From the NCBI GenBank assembly GCA_963726245.1, contig CAVSBT010000006.1, positions 1-23,332 of the forward strand: a stretch of DNA of 23,332 bases, given 5' to 3'. This document shows, in pieces, positions 17,896 to 23,332 of this stretch (positions within the stretch are counted from its first letter, which is position 1; the number at the start of each line of letters is the position of its first letter). The translations under genes were made by a program, and so were the position numbers. The DNA comes from an uncultured Chloroflexia bacterium (GTDB lineage: Bacteria; Chloroflexota; Dehalococcoidia; DSTF01; JALHUB01). Below the pieces are notes generated by a model. The model saw nothing but the letters and a program-made list of their open reading frames with translations. It was not told the DNA's origin and searched no databases.

Positions 17896-17985
17896 ACAAC
17901 CGAGGGAGATGAAGCTCAAGACTCGCAGTAACAGCCCGGTTTGCCGCTTTGGAGAAGACAGGGCGATGATCGGTCGCCGAGCGCC

Positions 17986-18015
17986 TTGCACGCCCCGGCG
18001 GCCGCCCTCTATAAT
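17986..18015 (+). promoter_or_regulatory. Putative sigma70 promoter upstream of the structured leader and zinc-ribbon operon
   Basis: TTGCAC-18 nt-TATAAT. Confidence 0.7.
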
Positions 18016-18020
18016 CCGCC

Positions 18021-18195
18021 CAGGGTCGGGGGGCGCACGCCCCAAGGCCTCTGGGCCGCGGCCCGATGCACGTGGGCGACCGAATCTTCCCCTGCCCGGT
18101 CTCTCCTTTCGCTTCGGGTTCCAACGGTTCCGGTCCCTCGTTGTTCGACTCCGGGTTGGTGAATCTGCGCCCGGCCTGAGTGCCCGCGCTTGTCC
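18021..18195 (+). ncRNA. Candidate long rod-like structured RNA (6S-like RNA or 5' leader)
   Basis: Starts just after a strong -10. Five nested helices found by eye (see findings). Family not confirmed. Confidence 0.35.
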
Positions 18196-18208
18196 CATTC
18201 ACAAGAGT

Positions 18209-18910
18209 ATGACCACAGTGGCCGACCTCTACCTCCTCCAGGAGATGGACCTCGAAATCCAGGCGAAGCAGACCGCCCTGGAGGACGTGGAGGCGCGCCT
18301 GGGCGAGAGCGAGGAGCTGGAGGAAGCGCGCCAGGAGGTGGAGGAGCAGCGCCGCCGCCTTCGCGAAGCGCAGAAGAAGCAACGTGAGGCGGAGTGGGCG
18401 GTGGAGGAGGTGCGCACGAAGATTCAGCCCGTGGAGGCGAAGCTGTACGGCGGCACCGTCAAGATTCCCAAGGAGCTGGTTGGCCTCCAGCAGGACGTCG
18501 ACGGCCTCAAGGCCCGCCAGCGCGAGATGGAGGACCGCGCGCTGGAGGCGATGTCGGCGGCGGAGGAGGTGGAAAGAGCGCTGGCGGACGCAGAGAAGCG
18601 TCGCGTGGAGCTGGAGGCTCAGTGGCAGGCGGAGCAGGAGAGTCTGCGCCGGCAGCGGGACGCTCTCCAGCTCGAGATCCAGGAGGTGGAGGAGCGCCGA
18701 TCGGAGCAAGGGTCTGCCATCGATGCCGAGATGATGCGGCAGTATGAATCCCTTCGGGCGCAGCACCAGGGGCGGGCCGTGGCCAAGGTCGAGCGCGGCA
18801 TCTGCCAGGGCTGTCGCATCACGTTGCCCATGCACGTGCTCCAGAGAGCGCGGCGGGCCAATCACACGGTGCAGTGCACAAGCTGTGAGCGCATTCTCTA
18901 CTTGAGCTGA
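18209..18910 (+). CDS. Coiled-coil C4-type zinc-ribbon protein (DUF164/CT398-like)
   Basis: MTTVADLYLLQEMDLEI start, long coiled coil, KLYGG, YE.LR, CQGC...CTSCERIL. Confidence 0.9.
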   Translation: MTTVADLYLLQEMDLEIQAKQTALEDVEARLGESEELEEARQEVEEQRRRLREAQKKQREAEWAVEEVRTKIQPVEAKLYGGTVKIPKELVGLQQDVDGLKARQREMEDRALEAMSAAEEVERALADAEKRRVELEAQWQAEQESLRRQRDALQLEIQEVEERRSEQGSAIDAEMMRQYESLRAQHQGRAVAKVERGICQGCRITLPMHVLQRARRANHTVQCTSCERILYLS

Positions 18911-20326
18911 ATGAAAGCGGTCGGCTACTTTCGAGATGCTCCGGCGGGCAAGGGCCAGCCACTAGCGGCCCAAAGCGCCGCCTTCCTCGAATTCTGTGAG
19001 CAGCAGGGCTACGAGGCCATCGCCACCTTCGTCGACTCCGTCGCGGCCGACGACCGAGGGCCCACGGGCTTCCGGCAACTGGCGGAGTTCCTTCGAGAGC
19101 CGGACAAGGGCTTTGTCGTCGTTGTCGTGCCCTGCCTGGAGGGCCTGGGCGAGACCCTGCGCGACGTGGCCCGCCGCTACTTCCAGATCGAGAGCCTGGG
19201 GGCCCAGGTTGCCTTCACGGACGGCACGAAGGACGCCGCCGAGCAACTCCTGGCTGCCTGGTCCAAGCACGCCGACGGCAAGCGCCTCAGCGATCGCGTC
19301 CGCGCCGCCATGCGCCGCAAGGCCGTCAGGGGCGAGGTGCTGGGACGCCCTCCCTACGGCTACAAGGTCGGCGTCCGTCGCCGCCTGGAGCTGGTGCCGG
19401 AGGAGGCCGTAGTCGTCCGCTACATCTTCCGCCTCTACCTCCAGGAGGGCCTGGGCATCCGCCTCATCGCCCGCCGTCTCAACGAGGAAGGGCTGAAGAC
19501 GCGGCGAAACGGCAACTGGAGCATGGTGACCATCCGGGACATCCTGCGCAACCGCGCCTACTTGGGCACCTACACCCGATTCGGCGTGCGCGTGCCGGGC
19601 AGCCACCCGGCCCTCGTCTCCGCCGAGGACTTCCGTCTGGTGCAAGAACGTCTCAGCGCCCGCCGCACCAGCTACTCGCCGCGAAGGGTCTCGCCCTTCC
19701 TCCTTTCCGGACTCCTGCACTGCGGCTACTGCCAGAACAAGATGATCGGCGTCAGCCGCCGTCAGAGCTGGCGGCGCAAGGACGCGGAAGAGGAGAGCCA
19801 GGCCTCCTATCGCTACTACCAGTGCGAGTCCCGGACCAACCAGAGCGTGTGCGACTACCACACGCGGCGGGCCGAGGAGCTGGAGGAGGCCGTGCGGGAG
19901 GCGCTGAGGGACGCCGAATCAGCCGGTCCCGCCCTGCCGGAGGCCGGCGACGAGGCGGGGGTGCTCGCCGAGTGGCAGCGTCAGGCGCAGCGCCTGCATC
20001 GACGGCTGGCGCAGGTCGACAAGCGGCTGGAGGGCTACCTGGACGCGGCGGCCCGTGGGCGCCTGGCCCGCGATAAGCTGCGAAGCCTCAGCATGGCGGC
20101 CGCCACAGACCGCCTCGCCCTGGAGGAGGACCTGGAGGCGACCGAGGTCCGCGCCCGCCAGCACGCCAACGTCGCCGAGCGCCGGCGGCAGCGGGAATGG
20201 GCGCGCCAGCGCCTCTGTGACGAGTGGGACAGTCTCCTTTTTGCCGAGCGGCAAGAGCTCTTGAGGCAGGTGGTGGAGCGAATCGTGGTCACCGACGACG
20301 ATATCCGCACCCTGCTCCGTCCCTGA
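18911..20326 (+). CDS. Large serine recombinase-family protein with a degenerate catalytic domain
   Basis: Resolvase-like N-terminus, PPYGY, EEAVVVRYIF, IARRLNEEG, W....IRDILRNRAYLG, HPALVS, LLSGLLHCGYC...YYQC zinc ribbon, coiled coil, VERIVV. YFRDA replaces YxRxS. Confidence 0.9.
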   Translation: MKAVGYFRDAPAGKGQPLAAQSAAFLEFCEQQGYEAIATFVDSVAADDRGPTGFRQLAEFLREPDKGFVVVVVPCLEGLGETLRDVARRYFQIESLGAQVAFTDGTKDAAEQLLAAWSKHADGKRLSDRVRAAMRRKAVRGEVLGRPPYGYKVGVRRRLELVPEEAVVVRYIFRLYLQEGLGIRLIARRLNEEGLKTRRNGNWSMVTIRDILRNRAYLGTYTRFGVRVPGSHPALVSAEDFRLVQERLSARRTSYSPRRVSPFLLSGLLHCGYCQNKMIGVSRRQSWRRKDAEEESQASYRYYQCESRTNQSVCDYHTRRAEELEEAVREALRDAESAGPALPEAGDEAGVLAEWQRQAQRLHRRLAQVDKRLEGYLDAAARGRLARDKLRSLSMAAATDRLALEEDLEATEVRARQHANVAERRRQREWARQRLCDEWDSLLFAERQELLRQVVERIVVTDDDIRTLLRP

Positions 20327-20333
20327 GAGCGCC

Positions 20334-20750
20334 TTGCCTGCCGCACCTCTCTACCACCTGGCTTACTCGGACGGCGCATCCAAGGGCAACCCCGGGCCCG
20401 CCGCCATCGGCGCCGTCATATTCGACCCGGAGGGCCACGAGCTCTATCGCCTTGGCAAGCGCCTGGGCACAGCCACCAACAACGAGGCCGAGTACCGCGC
20501 CGCCATCGCCGCCCTGGAGGCTGCGCTGGCCCTGGGGGCGCGCCGCCTCGAGTTGCGGATGGACTCGGAGCTCGTGGCGCGACAGATGTCCGGGCGCTAC
20601 CGGGTGCGGAACCCGCGTCTGGCCCGTCTTCACGCTCGAATGCTGGCCCTTCGCCAGCGCTTCGAGGAGGTGGTCGTGCGGCACGTGCCCCGCACAGAGA
20701 ACAAACTGGCCGACGCGATGGCCAACCAGGCCCTCCTGGAGGGGCCGTAG
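20334..20750 (+). CDS. rnhA: Ribonuclease HI (type 1 RNase H, archaeal/actinobacterial-like)
   Basis: SDGASKGNPGPA, TNNEAEY, DSELV, HVPRTENKLAD: all acidic catalytic residues present. Confidence 0.9.
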   Translation: MPAAPLYHLAYSDGASKGNPGPAAIGAVIFDPEGHELYRLGKRLGTATNNEAEYRAAIAALEAALALGARRLELRMDSELVARQMSGRYRVRNPRLARLHARMLALRQRFEEVVVRHVPRTENKLADAMANQALLEGP

Positions 20751-20752
20751 GC

Positions 20753-20808
20753 GTAGGGGCAGGCCCCCGTGCCTGCCCTATTCGGCGACCGCAGGGGGTC
20801 GCCCCTAC
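20753..20808. repeat. GTAG-type REP doublet (REPIN-like)
   Basis: GTAGGGGCAGGCCCCCGTGCCTGCCCT followed by an inverted GGCGACCGCAGGGGGTCGCCCCTAC. Confidence 0.8.
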
Positions 20809-20814
20809 CATTGT

Positions 20815-20842
20815 TTGACTCCGCTTGGGCCCCTTGTAGACT
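20815..20842 (+). promoter_or_regulatory. Sigma70 promoter for rnpB
   Basis: TTGACT-16 nt-TAGACT, ending 7 nt before the P1 helix. Confidence 0.7.
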
Positions 20843-20849
20843 GAATATC

Positions 20850-21211
20850 GCCAGTAGGCCGGGTGGCCGCTCCTCCGGCTCGCCGGAGGGGAGGAAAGTC
20901 CGAGCTCCGCCGGGCAGGGTGCTGGGTAACACCCAGGAGGGGCGACCCTACGGACAGTGCCACAGAAACATACCGCCCGGGGCCGGAACATCGGCCTCGG
21001 GCAAGGGTGAAATGGTGCGGTAAGAGCGCACCAGCGGTCGGGTGACCGACCGGCTGGGCAAACCCACCCGGAGCAAGACCAAATAGGAGGACTTGAGGTG
21101 CCCGGCCTGTCCTCGGGTTGGTCGCTAGAGGCGGTGGGTAACCGCCGTCCCAGACAGATGGCCACCATCCGCCTTGTGCGGATACAGAACTCGGCTTACA
21201 GGCCTACTGGC
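20850..21211 (+). ncRNA. rnpB: RNase P RNA, bacterial type A
   Basis: P1 helix GCCAGTAGGCC/GGCCTACTGGC, GAGGAAAGTCC, CAGTGCCACAGAAA, GGGTGAAA, GGTAAGAGC, GGAGCAAG and ACAGAACTCGGCTTA conserved blocks. Confidence 0.97.
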
Positions 21212-21221
21212 ATTGCAGTTT

Positions 21222-21258
21222 GAGCCTTTCCGCCCCATAGGCGGGGGCTCTCTCTTTC
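21222..21258 (+). terminator. Probable terminator after rnpB
   Basis: GAGCC...CCGCC/GGCGG...GGCTC hairpin followed by a pyrimidine tract. Confidence 0.5.
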
Positions 21259-21323
21259 TAGTTTCCTATCGGTCCGTACCGGTCCCATCGGTTGGCAGAA
21301 GCTATCGGCAAAGGAGGGCTCTG

Positions 21324-21677
21324 ATGGTGAAACGCTGGTTATGGCTTCCTGGACTCGTGGCGGCGATCGTCCTTCTGGCGGCAGTCGTCGCGCCGCGCGT
21401 GGCGAGCGCGCGCACCGTGAATATGGTGGTGGGGTGCAACCCCGTGGCCCTGACCTACAACAACGGCACCGCCACCACGACGGTAGCCGACGGCGTCGCG
21501 CCGACGGGCTCTCTCGACACCATCTGGAAGTATCTGCCCGCGGAGAGTCGCTGGCTGGGGTACCAGGCTGGTGCGCCTGTCGAGGTCAGCGACCTGCAAA
21601 GCGTCCAGCGTCTGGACGCCGTCTTCGTCTGCGTTAATGCTGTCGCTACCATAACCATGCCGGACATTGGAGGCTGA
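21324..21677 (+). CDS. Small secreted hypothetical protein
   Basis: AAGGAGG RBS, signal peptide ending ASA, two Cys (GCNPVAL, VFVCV). 117 aa. Confidence 0.75.
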   Translation: MVKRWLWLPGLVAAIVLLAAVVAPRVASARTVNMVVGCNPVALTYNNGTATTTVADGVAPTGSLDTIWKYLPAESRWLGYQAGAPVEVSDLQSVQRLDAVFVCVNAVATITMPDIGG

Positions 21678-21747
21678 TGCGGCGCAAGCAAGCCTCCCGG
21701 TGGGTAGGAGGAGCTCGCTTCTCTATTGAAGCCCGCTCTGGTAGGGC

Positions 21748-23308
21748 ATGTCTCGTGAGCCCGCCTGGCTGAGGGACGTTGGCGAAGCGGAGGTCCTCGG
21801 TGACCTGCCTGCTTCGCTGACCGCTGTCTGCTACGACTCCCGTCGCGTCGAACCCGGCTGTCTTTTCGTGGCCGTCCCGGGGGCTACTCCACGCTCCCGC
21901 GACGGCCACGAGTTCATCGCCCAGGCGCTGTCGCAGGGCGCGGCAGCGCTGGTGGTGGAGGCGGACCACCGGGCCGACGTGGCAACGGCTGGCCGACAGC
22001 GGCCGCGTGCCCCTTGTCGTGGTCCCGGACAGCCGGCGGGCCCTGGCGTCGCTGGCGGCGGGCTTGCACGGCTGGCCGGCGCGCGTCGACTGCGCACGGT
22101 AGGTGTTACCGGCACCGACGGCAAGACGACCACCGCCCATCTCGTGGCTGCCGTGCTGGACGCGTCCGGCCGGCGCTCCGCCCTCCTCAGCAGCGCCGAG
22201 CTGCGCGCCGGCGGCCGGGCCCAGGTCAACGCCACCCATATGACGACCCTCGAGGCGCCCGAAGTGCAGGCCTTCCTGGCCGGGGCGCTGGAGGCCGGCG
22301 ACCACTGGGCCGTCGTCGAGGCGTCCTCCCATGGGCTGGCCCTTCACCGCGTCGACGCGTGCGAGTTCGACGTAGCCGTATTCACTATCCTCGGAAGCGA
22401 CCACCTGGACTTCCACGGCAGCCTAGACGAGTACCGGGCGGCTAAGGGACGCCTCTTCGTCATGCTCGACCAGGCTGTGGACAAGGGCGTGCCCAAGACG
22501 GCTGTCCTCAACGCCGACGACCCGGCGTCAGACTACTTCCGGCGTCTGACGGCGGCGTCCGTCGTCACCTACGGCCTGGACGGGACGCTAACGTGACCGC
22601 CCGCGCGCTCCGCACCGAAGGCCTGTCGACCTCTTTCGAGCTGGCAGGGGCCTTCGGCGCTGTGCCTGTGAGGACGCGACTGGCGGGGCGGTACAACGTA
22701 TACAACTGCCTGGCGGCAGCCGCCGTGGGCCTCTCGCAGGGGCTATCGGCCGAGGAGGTGAAGAGGGGGCTGGAGGGCGTGTCCGGCGTGCCGGGCCGGA
22801 TGGAGGTCATCGACGCCGGGCAGCCGTTCTCGGTGGTCGTCGACATCGCCTCCACGCCGCAGGCGCTGGCGAACGTTCTCGATGTCCTGCGGGCCGCGTG
22901 CCTGCCCGCTGGACAGGCGGGTCCGGGACGGCTCTGGGCCGTCTTCGGCTGCGCCGGGGAGAGGGACCCCGGCCGGCGCGACGGCATGGGGCGAGCCGCC
23001 GGGCGCCTGGCCGACTTCGTGGTGCTCACCAACGAAGACCCGCGCTCCGAAGACCCGGACGCCATCATTGAGGCCACCGCCGTCGGCCTGCGGGAGGCCG
23101 GCCGGCGGGAAGGGGACGACTTCGTGCGCATCCCGGACCGCCGCCAGGCCATCGCCTCGGACAGCTGAGAAGCCAAGGCGCCCGCGACGTGGTCCTCCTG
23201 GCCGGCAAGGGCAGCGAGCAGACCATGGTCTTCGGCGACCAGCATCTCCCCTGGGACGAGCGGTCGGTGGCGCGGGAGCTGCTGCAGGAGCTGGGAGCCA
23301 GGCACTAG
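21748..23308 (+). CDS. murE: UDP-N-acetylmuramoyl-tripeptide synthetase MurE, multiple frameshifts
   Basis: YDSRRV..G.LFVAVPG, DGHEFI, GVTGTDGKTTT, EASSHGL, DHLDFH, GRYNVYN, VPGRME, VFGCAGERD, EDPRSEDP, DRRQAI, VVLLAGKG. Frame changes near 21990-22070, 22590 and 23160-23185. Final frame ends at TAG 23308. Confidence 0.88.
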
Positions 23309-23332
23309 GAACCGGGAGGGTATTGCCAAATG

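Noticed and set aside
17909-18208. 100-aa N-terminal extension of the zinc-ribbon ORF
   Set aside because: Spans a clear promoter and a structured non-coding region; the family-typical start is ATG 18209.
18911-20326. Prophage or ICE boundary suggested by the serine recombinase
   Set aside because: No att-like repeats, no mobile genes and no compositional shift; the flanks are tightly coupled housekeeping genes.
1-23332. CRISPR array, rRNA or tRNA genes
   Set aside because: No regularly spaced direct repeats or cloverleaf/rRNA signatures seen by eye; tRNAscan-SE and a CRISPR finder would confirm.

Overview
GC-rich (~70%) bacterial chromosomal window, mostly housekeeping. A Chloroflexota/Dehalococcoidia-like origin is an inference from the long-form GreA and the gene content. 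Gene order: mfd (partial), a lower-GC two-gene cassette (ApeA-like HEPN protein plus DGQHR/ParB-like protein) inserted on the opposite strand between mfd and pth, pth, a hypothetical protein, iscS, split ADP-forming acyl-CoA ligase subunits, an SDR, a MacB-type ABC transporter, greA, citrate synthase, a DUF4349 lipoprotein, an MBL hydrolase, erpA/iscA, then zinc-ribbon protein - large serine recombinase - RNase HI - RNase P RNA, a small secreted protein and murE. The two strongest candidates for new biology are (1) the HEPN + DGQHR pair as a putative defence or toxin-antitoxin module and (2) a large serine recombinase that has lost its catalytic motifs yet sits tightly coupled inside a core operon. 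Several families of short palindromic repeats occur, one of them inserted in frame in two proteins, and there are two candidate structured non-coding RNAs. Multiple single-base frameshifts probably reflect long-read assembly errors. All family calls come from motif recognition; no database searches were run.
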